DNA from: Terrimicrobiaceae bacterium
Lineage (GTDB): Bacteria > Verrucomicrobiota > Verrucomicrobiia > Chthoniobacterales > Terrimicrobiaceae
NCBI GenBank assembly: GCA_041752695.1
Contig: JBGSVZ010000098.1
Location: 23,290 to 87,289 of the forward strand
Length of the DNA stretch: 64,000 nt
Direction: 5' to 3'
Numbering within the stretch: the first letter of the stretch is position 1; each line of letters opens with the position of its first letter. A program made the translations under genes and the position numbers. Of the stretch, positions 49,083 to 60,000 are shown piece by piece. The notes below the pieces were generated by a model. It worked only from the letters and a program-made list of their open reading frames with translations, searched no databases and had not been told where the DNA came from.

Positions 49083-49448
49083 ATGACCACCCCTCCCATC
49101 GGCTCCGTTTCCCGCATCATGCTTTTTGTGGAGGACATGCCCAAAGTGGCCGCATTCTATCGCGATGTACTGGGACTTCCCATCGTGGGGGACATCACGC
49201 CCGAGTGGGTCGAGCTTCAGGCGGGCAGTTGCACGGTGGCACTGCACCACGCCTCCCGCCCCCTGCACGAACGCGGGGATGCCTCGGCCAAGATTGTGTT
49301 TGGGGTGAAGGGCGTGACGGCTTGCAAAGAGCTTTTGGAAAGCCGGGGCGTGACCATGGGTAAAATTTTCACCTTCGACGGAATTTCCATCTGCGACGGC
49401 AAGGATCCCGAGGGAAATCTTTTTCAGATTTCCAGCCGGGGGATGTGA
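49083..49448 (+). CDS. VOC/glyoxalase-family protein
   Basis: LFVEDM..A.FYRDVLG, L..RGV and DPEGNLFQI motifs. Confidence 0.88.
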   Translation: MTTPPIGSVSRIMLFVEDMPKVAAFYRDVLGLPIVGDITPEWVELQAGSCTVALHHASRPLHERGDASAKIVFGVKGVTACKELLESRGVTMGKIFTFDGISICDGKDPEGNLFQISSRGM

Positions 49449-49729
49449 GGACTGGGGGAGGCACCAGAAGTGCGAAACTCCCATAGCCCAGCCTGCCGTC
49501 GCTAGCAGGACCGTCAGGTGAGGGCCAATTTTCCGTCGTCTGGGCATGGGCCTTCCACCCGGGCAATGACATTTTTTAACCTCGGTGCTCTCCGCAAAAC
49601 AAACTGGCGGAATCCCGGCTGGTGGGGCAGGTTCTCCCGCATGATTTTGGGCGCTGGATCGAAACGGGACGAGACGCTTCGCGTCCTTTCGAAAGGCGCG
49701 GGGATTGAGCCGGGTGGGGGAGACGGGCG

Positions 49730-51373
49730 ATGAATTTCCTGTTCCCCGCAGCGTGGGGCTGGCTCGGGCTGGCGCTGCCGATCATTGCCCTTTATCTGAT
49801 TCGCACGCAGTTGGAACGCCGGAGTGTCAGCACGCTGCTTTTCTGGGAGCAGATCAAAACGCAGTCCTACAACTCGGCGCTGTGGCGGAAGTTGCGCCGA
49901 TGGTTGTCGTTATTGCTGCAGTTGCTTTTTCTCGCGCTGGTGGCATTCGCGCTGACCCAGCCGCTCGCGCCGTGGCAGACCGCTCAGCCGGCGAGCATCG
50001 TCTTTGTGCTCGACCCCTCGGCCAGCATGTCGGCACAGGACGGAGGGCAGTCGCGGTGGGAGCGGGCGGTGGCGGGGCTGGAACAGCGGGTCCGGCAGAT
50101 GCGGACATTCGACCGCGCGGCAATTTTGCTCGCCACCGATCCGCCGCAAGTGCTCACGGGGTGGACGGCCAGTCGCCGCACGCTCCTCGCCGCACTCGAA
50201 CAGGCGCGGCCTTCCTCCGGGGAGGTGTCCTTGCGGCCCGCACTGGCGCTGGCCCAAAATCTTCAGGCGACGCAGCCCAATTCGTCCATTCAGCTCCTGA
50301 CCGATGGCGTGTGGAAAAACGCCGCGGAGGTGCCTTCCGGCGTGGAGGTGGGATGGGTAGGGGAGGCGGCGCCCAATGTGGGCATCACGCAGTTCTCGGC
50401 CCGGCGTTCGTTCTCCGCTCCTGGTGAAGTCCGGGTGGCGGCGGCGGTGGTGTCGAAAGATAAAGAAAAACGCGAGGGGACGGTGGAATTGCGCCGGGGC
50501 GACCAACTGGTGGATGTGCAGGTAGTCACCCTGGAGCCGGGCGGCGTCTGGGAGCGCGAGTGGGACGTTCGCGCCCCGGGAGCTGAGGAATTTCACGCCA
50601 GGCTGACGGGTTTTCCCGCCGATGCGCTGACTCTCGACGACACCGCCCGGGTGAAAATCGACGCGGTGAGTGCGGTCAGGGTGGTGTTGGTTTCCGGTGC
50701 GAATCCCTACCTCGAAGCGGCGCTGGGTTCGTTGCCATTGGTGGAATGGGCCCGGGTGGAAACGCTTTCCGGATTTCCGGATCCGGGTGCGCTGTATGTC
50801 TTTAATCGCACGATGCCACCGGAGGAGTTTGTGAGCGCGAACAGCATCCTGATCAATCCGCCGGGGTCCGGATTTTGGGGCAAGCCGGCTGGGGCGCTGG
50901 AGCGTCCGCTGGTGAGCGAAGTGGCCAAGGATGAGCTGCTTCTCCGGCACACCGGGTTCGCCAATGTAAGCTTGGACGCGGCCGCGAAGTGGGAAAAACC
51001 GTCTGTCGCGAAGGTGTTCGCGGAGAGTTTTGGCGATCCGCTGATTTACGGACAGTGGGACGATCGGCAGCGGTGGACGCTGCTGGGGTTTGATCTGGAG
51101 GGGTCGGACTTTGTCCTTCGCACGGCGTTTCCCATTCTGCTGGGCAATGCGGTGGAGTCTCTGCGGCCGGCGAAATCTTTCGCTGCCAGCACCGCGCCGG
51201 GGCGGGTGGAAAGCGCGCTCGAACCGACGGCGGCGAAAGAGGGTCGCACCGTAACGGCAGCGGGCGGGTCGGCGTGGTGGTTTGCCTTTCCGCTTTGGTG
51301 GTGGGCGCTGGCCGCAGCCTGCCTCTGGCTTGTGGGCGAATGGTGGCTTTACACCCGGAGGGTTACGGAATGA
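49730..51373 (+). CDS. BatA-domain/VWA membrane protein
   Basis: N-terminal F..P..W.GL..PII.LYL...STLLFW...LQLL...LA..P (BatA), MIDAS DPSASM and TDG, C-terminal TM ending EWWLY. Confidence 0.9.
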   Translation: MNFLFPAAWGWLGLALPIIALYLIRTQLERRSVSTLLFWEQIKTQSYNSALWRKLRRWLSLLLQLLFLALVAFALTQPLAPWQTAQPASIVFVLDPSASMSAQDGGQSRWERAVAGLEQRVRQMRTFDRAAILLATDPPQVLTGWTASRRTLLAALEQARPSSGEVSLRPALALAQNLQATQPNSSIQLLTDGVWKNAAEVPSGVEVGWVGEAAPNVGITQFSARRSFSAPGEVRVAAAVVSKDKEKREGTVELRRGDQLVDVQVVTLEPGGVWEREWDVRAPGAEEFHARLTGFPADALTLDDTARVKIDAVSAVRVVLVSGANPYLEAALGSLPLVEWARVETLSGFPDPGALYVFNRTMPPEEFVSANSILINPPGSGFWGKPAGALERPLVSEVAKDELLLRHTGFANVSLDAAAKWEKPSVAKVFAESFGDPLIYGQWDDRQRWTLLGFDLEGSDFVLRTAFPILLGNAVESLRPAKSFAASTAPGRVESALEPTAAKEGRTVTAAGGSAWWFAFPLWWWALAAACLWLVGEWWLYTRRVTE

Positions 51374-53955
51374 CCCTTGGAATCCCCTGGGCTTTGCTTG
51401 GCCTTGCGCTGCTCCCGTTGTTTTGGTGGTGGGGGCGGGGGACGCTCGTCACCGGACCGGCCTCGCGCAAGACGCTCTCCCTGGCAACAAGGTGTCTTAT
51501 TTTTGCTCTGCTTGTCGGAGCGCTCAGCGACCCGCGCTGGCAGGCTCTGACCAAGGAGCTTCATGTCATCTGGCTGGTCGATGCCAGCCGCAGTGTGGAT
51601 GGCGAGGGCGCAAAAAAGGCGGTCGAACTTCACAAAATCGCCGGCCGTCACGCCGGCAACGAATCGTGGATCGCCTTTGCCGAACGTGGTGCCAGCGTCG
51701 TCAATCCGGAAAAACTGACCGAAACTCCCGCCGAAGCCATCAATGACCGCGAAACAAATCTGGCCGGGGCGTTGAAGCTGGCGGAAGCGTCTTTTCCGCC
51801 CGGGAAGGTGAAAACCATCGCGCTGGTCACCGATGGCAACCAAACCCTCGGCGACGCGGCGGCTTCGGCAGGTTCGTTGAAAGCCGCGGGGATCAAGGTT
51901 CATGCTTTCACGGCCGCGCCGCCGGACAAACCGGAAGTCCTTGTGCGTGCGGTGAACGCCCCCCGCCAGGTCCGCGGAGAGGAACCGTTCCGGGTGGAGG
52001 TGGAGGTCTCGAGCAATCGGGAGACGGCTGCCGAGGTGACGATTTTCCGCAATGGGGTGAAAATGGGCGCGCGCCAGGAATCTCTCAAGCCCGGCACGTC
52101 AAGGCTGGAGTTTACCCAAGTCCTGCGGGGCGACGAACGCCTCGTCGAATTGTCCGCCGAGGTCAAGGCGGCGCAGGATACCATCGCGGACAACAACCGG
52201 TCCTCCTCCATCGTGCAAACCGAGGGGCTGTCCAAGGTTCTCCTCCTCGCGGACAAACCCGAGCAGGTTCGTTATCTCGCCTGGGCGCTCAAACAGGAGG
52301 GGATTCTCCTCGATGCCCGCCCGGCCACTGGCGCGCCGACCACGCTGGCAGATCTGCAAAACTACGACCTGCTTATTCTGGATAACGTCCCGGCCACGAG
52401 TCTGACTCTGGAGCAGATGAATTTGTTCGCCTCGTACGTCAAGGACTTCGGCGGCGGCCTGCTCATGACGGGTGGCGATCAGGCGTTCGGGCTCGGCGGC
52501 TACTACCGCACCCCGGTTGAGGAAATTCTCCCGGTGCGCTGTGATTTCGAGAAGGAAAAAGAAACTCCCTCGCTCGGCATTGTCTTTGTCATCGACCGCA
52601 GCGGCAGCATGTCGGGCGAGAAGATCGAAATGGCCAAGGAGGCCGCCAAAGCCGGGCTGGAAATGCTGTCGTCGCAGGATTACGCAGGCGTGGTGGCCTT
52701 CGACAATGAGGCGTTCTGGGTGGCGGATTTGCAAAGCGCCGCGGACAAGGGTGGGATCGCCCAAAAAATCAGCGCGATCTCGGAAGGGGGCGGCACCAAC
52801 CTTGCCCCCGGCATGGAACTCGCCTTGCAGGCCCTGCGTTCCTCTCCGGCAAAACTGAAACACGCGATCCTGCTCACCGATGGTGTTTCCACGCCCGGTC
52901 CGTTTTATGAACTTGCCACCCAAATGGCAGGAGAAAAGATCACCGTCAGCACCGTCGCGGTGGGGGAGGACGCGGATGGTCAACTGCTCGAACAAATCGC
53001 GCAGTGGGGCAGTGGACGGTTTTACCTTGCGCTCGATCCGCGCACGGTGCCGCAGATTTTTGCCAAGGAAACCATGACGGCATCCAAGTCGGCCATTCAG
53101 GAAGCGCCTTTTGTTCCCGTGCCAGTTCGTCCGGCGGATTTTCTCGGTGGGGTGAAATTCGACCAGGCGCCATTTTTGCTCGGCTACGTGACCACTCGCA
53201 AAAAGCCCACGGCGGAAGTCTGGCTGGCCTCTGAAAAGGGCGAGCCGCTCCTCGCCACCTGGCGGTATGGGCTGGGTCAGGCCGGGGCGTGGACCTCCGA
53301 CGCCCGCAACCGCTGGGCGGTTGAGTGGCTCCGCTGGGAGGGCTTTGGAAAATTCTGGGCGCAGTTGGTCCGCAAGTTGGCGCGGCCCCAGGCGGTGCGG
53401 AATTTTCCCATCACCGTCGAGCGCGAAGGGGCGGATTTTGTTCTGCGAGCCGATACCGTGGACGCCCTCGGCCGCTTCCTCGGCGGTCTCGAAGGCGAAG
53501 CCCTTGTTTCTGCTCCCGATGGGACGCAGAGTCAGATCCCCCTCGTGAAACGCGCCCCCGGTTCCTACGAGGCTCGCTGGCCCGCAAATCAGCCGGGAGC
53601 CTGGCACACCCAAGTGACATTTACCAAAGACGGTGGAGCGGTGGAACGTCAGTCGCTGGGCCTGACCGCCGGTTATCCCGTCGAATTTCTCCCGCGCCCG
53701 CCGGACGAGGCGCTGCTTCGTCAGATCTCCGAACAAACCGGGGGCTCCCTCAATCCCCCGGCGGACTCGGTCTGGCGGGATGACCGTTCCGCCTCCGAGG
53801 AAAAAGAACTCTGGCCGTGGCTCGCCTCGCTTGCCCTCCTCCTTTTCCTCGCCGATGTCGCGCTGCGCCGCTGGCCGAAACCCCTGACTCGTCAGGCCCC
53901 GCCGGTCGCAAAGATACGCCAACCTGAACCTGCCACGAGAGTCGGGAGAGAATAA
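51370..53955 (+). CDS. Membrane protein with VWA, Ig-like, glutamine-amidotransferase-like (DUF1355) and second VWA domains
   Basis: DASRSV/TDG, YDLLILDNVPA..YVKDFGGGLLMTGG, DRSGSM/TDG, WRYGLG and C-terminal LWPW TM; ATGA overlap. Confidence 0.9.
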   Translation: MTLGIPWALLGLALLPLFWWWGRGTLVTGPASRKTLSLATRCLIFALLVGALSDPRWQALTKELHVIWLVDASRSVDGEGAKKAVELHKIAGRHAGNESWIAFAERGASVVNPEKLTETPAEAINDRETNLAGALKLAEASFPPGKVKTIALVTDGNQTLGDAAASAGSLKAAGIKVHAFTAAPPDKPEVLVRAVNAPRQVRGEEPFRVEVEVSSNRETAAEVTIFRNGVKMGARQESLKPGTSRLEFTQVLRGDERLVELSAEVKAAQDTIADNNRSSSIVQTEGLSKVLLLADKPEQVRYLAWALKQEGILLDARPATGAPTTLADLQNYDLLILDNVPATSLTLEQMNLFASYVKDFGGGLLMTGGDQAFGLGGYYRTPVEEILPVRCDFEKEKETPSLGIVFVIDRSGSMSGEKIEMAKEAAKAGLEMLSSQDYAGVVAFDNEAFWVADLQSAADKGGIAQKISAISEGGGTNLAPGMELALQALRSSPAKLKHAILLTDGVSTPGPFYELATQMAGEKITVSTVAVGEDADGQLLEQIAQWGSGRFYLALDPRTVPQIFAKETMTASKSAIQEAPFVPVPVRPADFLGGVKFDQAPFLLGYVTTRKKPTAEVWLASEKGEPLLATWRYGLGQAGAWTSDARNRWAVEWLRWEGFGKFWAQLVRKLARPQAVRNFPITVEREGADFVLRADTVDALGRFLGGLEGEALVSAPDGTQSQIPLVKRAPGSYEARWPANQPGAWHTQVTFTKDGGAVERQSLGLTAGYPVEFLPRPPDEALLRQISEQTGGSLNPPADSVWRDDRSASEEKELWPWLASLALLLFLADVALRRWPKPLTRQAPPVAKIRQPEPATRVGRE

Positions 53956-54001
53956 TTTTAGCCCGCGGAAATTCAACATCGGACGACCACTCCCACTCAT
54001 C

Positions 54002-57000
54002 ATGAAAAAGCTTCTCCTTACGGCAGTCAGTTTTGTCGTCATAACCTCGCTCCACGCCGAGCCTTTGTCCCAACCGGTCTTGGAGCGTTACGAACAAATG
54101 CTTCTGGGAGCGCCGGAGGCGGGCACGGCTTTTGATAAGATTTATCAACACTATTTGGAAACCGATGGCCTGGAAACGTTAGCCAAACGGTGGCGCGAGG
54201 GAGCCGATCGGGGCGGCGCCACGAAGGGAGATTATCTCCTGGTGCTTGGTTTACTCGACGAGCGCCGGGGCAAGACGGAAGAGGCCCTGACAGCGCTGCG
54301 GGAGTCCGCAGACGCCGGCACGACCTGGCGGGCGTGGGCGGCGCTGGCGGATGTTGAGGGGCGGGCGGGCAAGTTGAAGGAGGCCATCACGTCCTACCAG
54401 AAGGCCCTTGGTCTCAAGCCTCCCAAGGACGCCATGGCGAAGCTCTACCGTGGCCTGGCCCTCTCGCAGCAGCGTCAGATGGACTTCGCCGGGGCGGTGG
54501 ACACCTGGGGAGCTTATGCCAAGGCGTCACCGGACGACCCATTCGTGTTGGAGGAAGCGGGTGATGCCCTGCTTGATGCCGCCCGCTACGATGAAGCGGG
54601 GACGATGTTTAGAAACCTCCGCGAAATGAAGGATGTCGATCCCGCCCGCAAACTGAATGCCTCCCTCCGCTTGGCCGAGGTGGAGCGTCAGCGGGGCGAC
54701 AAGGAAGCGGCGTTAAAGATTTATACGGAAGCCCTCGCGGAATCTGGCGAGGCGAGCTGGCTACAGCGGGAAGTGCGCTCGCGGATTGATCGACTGTTTC
54801 GCAGCGACGACGATTTGCCGGGTCTGGTGACCTATTATGAAAAACGTCTCAAAGCCGAGCCCGGCGATCTCGAAGCGGCCCTTAGCCTCAGTGAGACGCT
54901 GGGGGAATTGAACCGGGCGGAGGAATCGTTGAAAGTCTTGCAGTCCGCAGCTGGCAAGGCTCCCGATCGTAAGGACGTGCAGATGAAACTGGCGGTCAAT
55001 CTGCTTCGGGCGGAGCGTCCGGCTGAGGCCCAGTCCACCCTGGAAGCTTTGGCGAAAAAAAATCCCGCCGATTTTGACCTAACCGCGCAACTCGGCGAGG
55101 CGCAGTGGATGTCGTTCAAGCTGGGCAAGGGTGACAAGCCGTCCGCCGTAGCGACCTGGCGAAAGCTGGCACCCGAGGGCGCCGATGCCAATGCCGTGCA
55201 GCGCCTCGCGGAAATTTTCAGGGCGCACGGACTTGCCGAGGAAGCGCTTGCCGAATATCGCCGGGGACTCCAGCTCGATCCTGCCGCCAACGACCGCCGC
55301 GAACGGCTGGCTGACTATCTGATGGAACTGGACCGCAAGGCCGAAGCCCTGATGGAAATCAGGGAGTTGGTGACGGGTGACCGAGCCTCCGGGGAAAACT
55401 ATCTGCGCCTGGCCAGGGTTCAACGGCGGTTTGGCGACATCGCCGCGGCAAAAAAGTCGCTCCTGGCCGCAGTGGAATATCCAGACCGTATTTTCGACCG
55501 CCAGTATTTGCTTTGGCAAATCGCTTCCGAGGAAAAGGCGTGGGAGGAGGCGGAAAAGCTGGCCGGGCAAATGCGCGCGGCCGCAACAACCGAACCGGAG
55601 ATCGAGCGGGCCGACGATTGCCTGGTGGAATCCTTGCGCGAATCGAAAAAGACCCTCGCCGAGATCCAGCGTTTGCTGGAGCGCCAAAAAACTGATCCCG
55701 CCGCGTTCACGGAAAGTGAATGGCGTTTGCTTTTTGTCCTGGCTCTCGCCGCCAACGATAACGGCACGGCAGAGTTCGCGCTGGGCGAGGGGATTAAACA
55801 GTTCCCGCAATCCGCCGGGCTGTCGAAACAGGAAATTGCCTTTGCCCGGCGGACCAATGATGTCGAGCGGCGTCTGGCTGCGCTTGCCCGGCTGGAGATC
55901 ATTGAGCCCCAGCGGGTGGGGGAGTGGAAAACCCAGCGGGTCGGAGCTTTGCGGGACGCTCAGCGATCCGACGAGGCCGTGAGTTTGGCACAAAGTGTCG
56001 TGGCGCTCTCTCCGGCCAAGGCGGACGGGCACCTTCTTCTGGCCGATGCTTTGCTGGCTGCGCAGCGTCAGCCCGACGCCATCAAGGCCCTCAAGGAAGC
56101 CGTGCGTCTCTCGGAGAATCCGAATCAGGTGCGGTTGCGTCTCGCTGATCTTTTTCTCGCGACTGGTGACTACGCCGCGGCGCGGGATATGATGGACGAG
56201 GCTTTCGAGGCGGAGGAATCGCCCGCAGGAAAACTCCAGCTCACCGGACGGCTCGCCGGGGTGTATTTGCAGGATGGCAAGGTGGATGAATTGATCAACA
56301 AGCTGCGGGCCCGCCAGAAAGCCGAGCAGGGCGGCTGGCGGTATGCCATGTATCTGGCGGAAATTTATCTCATGATGCAGGACACCGTCCGCGCCATGGA
56401 GGAACTCGACAAGGCTCTGGCGGGCAAACCGGACGACGCGATTTTGCTGAAGCGCCTCTTCAGTCTGGCGCAGACCAATGGCGACACCGAGTCGGCGTTA
56501 CGCTACGCGCGCAAAATCGCCGAGGTCGAACCCTCCAAACAGAGTCGGGCCGATCTGGGTCTGGCCCTGGCCAGCGATGACAAGCTGGATGAAGCTCTAC
56601 TCCTCGTTCGCGAGAACAGCGCGGATTTTCTGGCCGAGCCCTCCGCCTGGCAGGGAGTGGTTCGCGCTTTGCAGGCCGCGGAAAAGACCGGCGAACTGGC
56701 TACGATGCTCGAAGGCAAACTTCGCGCGAATCCCGACGACTGGCGCTCGCTCATGACCTTGGCGGAAATTTTGATGGGCGCAGGCCAGACGGAGAAAGCC
56801 TCCGAACTCCTCTGGCGCGTGGTGGACGTCCAGGAAACTGCCGCCCCCGCGGCCGCGCCTGCTTCGACCCCCGCGCTCGCAAATCCCGTCTCGGGCAGGC
56901 TCCAGGGATACCCAGGGGGCATGATGGCCGGAACGCAAGTTTACACCCGCGCGCAGAGCCGGCAGATGCGCTTCGGGGAAGTTTATCAACGGGCCATCCA

Positions 57001-60000
57001 GATGCTGGCCAATCCCCAGAACCCCAACGCGGGGCTCAATTTTTCCCGGCGGCGAACGGTTTACGGAGGAGCGATGCCGACCCAGTCGGGCACGCTCTCC
57101 GATGCTCAGGACGATGCCTTGGTCTATCTCGCCTGCATCGCCGCGCGGGATGCGAGGGAGGAGGATTTTCTCAGGCGGCTGGCTGAGGCCCTGGCGAATC
57201 AGCCTCTGGAGCAGCGAATCGAAATCTACCACATGCTGCAGGCGCCTGAGCCGGCTCTGGCGGAGATTGAGGCTGCCCTGGCCGCGGGCCCGATTGATCC
57301 CAAGATCGTGAATTCCGCCTACAGCGCCGTGCAGATGATGATAGGCAACCGGCAGAACAACCTTTCATTTCCCGGTGCCGCCGTCTCCCAGGAGCGGCTG
57401 AAATCCCTGGCGGACAAGCTCGGCCAACAAATGTCCGCCACCATCCAGCCGCAGAATATTTTCCAGCGTTACCATCTTCTCACCTCGCTTGGGAAAAAAG
57501 AGGAGGCGGAAAAGTTGGTCGATCAGATGCTGGCCGCGACGGATGAAAAGGATCCGGCCCAGCTGGTGACCGCGATGCAGTTTTCGCTCATGCGGAAGAA
57601 TTTTGACCGCGCGCTCGCTTACCACGCCAAGCTGAATGAAGCCCGAAAACTCAGTGGACAGGCCCGCCAGCCTGGACAGGATTTTGGTCTGGCCATGGCC
57701 CTCATGGCGACAGAGACGCATCGGGACAAAGCTTATGATTTGTTCGCCGTGGAATTTTTGCAACCGGGTTCCGCCTTGCGTTCGCCCTTTGGCGGCCTGA
57801 TGCGACAGCCGATCAGCTGGCCGCAGCTCCGTACCGGCAGTGTGGGGCAATATCTTCCCCTGCCCACCGCGGAACTCGATCTCCAGCGCATTAACATGCT
57901 GCGTAGCCTTGGCCTGAATAATCCCCAGATGCGTCAGGCGCTTCCCGAATTAGGCAAGCGCTTTGCCAGGCTGGCCGCGGAGAAGAAATCCCCCGCGCTG
58001 CAGCAAGCGGCCATCTGGTTGCGGTGGTATGGCGGTGACCAGGAGGGGGCGCAGACGGAAATGAAGGCTCTGCTCGCCAGCCGGCCCTCGGACGATCTGG
58101 CGCTTAATCACGCGATGATGCTCTTCGAGTTAAAAAAATCCGCCGAGGTTCTCAAAACGCTGGAGATGGTCAAGGCCCGGAGCGGCGACACCCTGGAGGC
58201 AGCAGCCCGTCTCCGGCTCGTCGCGGCCCTTCAGGCGAAGGATCAAAAGGCCGCCCGGGATGCGGCGCTCAAGTTGCAGGGGGCTCGGTTGGTGGATTAC
58301 GAACAACGCGAGCTCGTTCAGGAAATGAAACGCCTCGGGCTCACCGACGAGGCGGCAAAGCTTGAGAAAAAAATCACCACGTCCCGCAATCCCTCCCATC
58401 GTACCCGTCAGATGGCCGATACCATGCGCGAACGGATGGAGAATGGCGACAGAGGGGAGGCCACCGCCATCGCCTACGCCCTGATCTCCCGCGATCCGTT
58501 TGCCCGCTCGGTCCGCAACGAGCGTTATCAACAGGAACTTGCCCTGCGGACGCTGAAAAAATTCGGCGAACTCGATGGGTATATCGACAATTTGCAAAAG
58601 GACCTGGCGGAAGCGCCGGACTCGGCGCGCCTCAATGCGCAACTGGCCCAAGCCCTGCAAGTGCGCGAGCCCCGATCTGCCGAACCCTACTACCGCAAGC
58701 TGGCCGAACTCCGCCCGAAGGACGCCGATTGGCTCCAGCAGTTCGGCAGCATTCTTTTGCAGTCCGAGCAGTTTGAAGAAGCAATGCGATTATACGACCG
58801 CCTCCTGGTCGAAAATCCGACGTTGCTTTTTGCCCAGGGAAGCAACTTTGTCGAACCCTACCGGCGAACGAAAAGCTGGCGTCGCCTTGCGGACGCCATC
58901 GCCAAGTCCCCGGATCCCAAGCCCGATCCTTTAAATCCCAACCGGCAGAATTTTTCCCACGTCTTTCTCGAAATCGGCAAGGAATTGCAGCGGGCGCGGC
59001 CTCCCATCGATCCGGTGGATGTTTGGCTGAAGGGTCTCACTTGGGACGAAAACAGTTCCCTGCAACTGCGCCCCACTCTGGCCCAGGCGTTGGTGCGGGC
59101 CGGACGGACCGACGAGGCCCGGCGGGTGATCGAGGAAGCCTTTTTTCCTCCCGGTCGCGACGAAAGGGCGACGAAACTTTTTGTTTATAATCGGCAATAC
59201 CGTCCGAACGCCCTCTGGAGCCAGTGGAGTTCTTACGGTGACGGTCAGATCGAAAGTCCCGCCATGCGGCTGATGCGAATGGCCAACACGCTCGGGCTGC
59301 TGGCCGAGCTTTTGCCTCGCATCGACCAAATTCCTCCAGCCTCCGATGGCAGTCAGCCCCGGGTGATGGCACGCTTGATTTTGCGTGACGAAAGCCTGCT
59401 CCCGGAGATTCGGAAACTGATTGCGGCGGTGAAGGAAACCGGACCATCCAATGCGCCTGCGGGTGGCACCAACGCGAATGCCTTGCGGATTTTTGCCGAC
59501 GAACTGGCGGATTGGCCGGCTGGCCGGGAACTGGCGTATTCCGCCCTCGAGGCGGCCGCAAAGCTGACCCAGGGCCAGGATTTTAACACCGCCATGGGGA
59601 TTCAGATTCAACGCGCAGCTCTGGCGGCGGAGGATGGTAAGACGGATGTCGTTAAGAGCGCGCTCCGCCAATGGGTCGAAGCCCAGACCAGTTGGCAACG
59701 GCAGGGGGCGCAGATTGATTTTACCAACGCACTCGGCGTCCTTAAGCGAATGGCGGCGGCAGGAATGGTCGAGGAGGTCGGGCAGCTTAGCGACACGCTG
59801 AAGGCGGATCGCAATTATTCCCAGACCCACTACCAACGTTTGCTCAAGCAGGCGGAAAACGAGATCGCCGTCACTCTCGGAAAAACCGGGGAGGTTTCCG
59901 CCGTGCTGGCCTGGACCCCTGGTGACGCCGGGGGTCGGGTGATGTGGGATCTGCGTCCGGCCGGCGGAGAAGAGGACAATTCGCCGACGATCTGGATGAA

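Noticed and set aside
48901..49510. CGCTAGCAGGA direct repeat flanking the VOC gene
   Set aside because: Only 11 bp, no mobile element, and the left copy overlaps a likely -10 box; could be chance
49518..49733. 71-aa ORF overlapping the BatA start (ATGA)
   Set aside because: No recognisable similarity to a DUF58 tail or other protein; coding status unsupported
52099..54042. 647-aa minus-strand ORF
   Set aside because: Antisense shadow of the VWA-GATase gene
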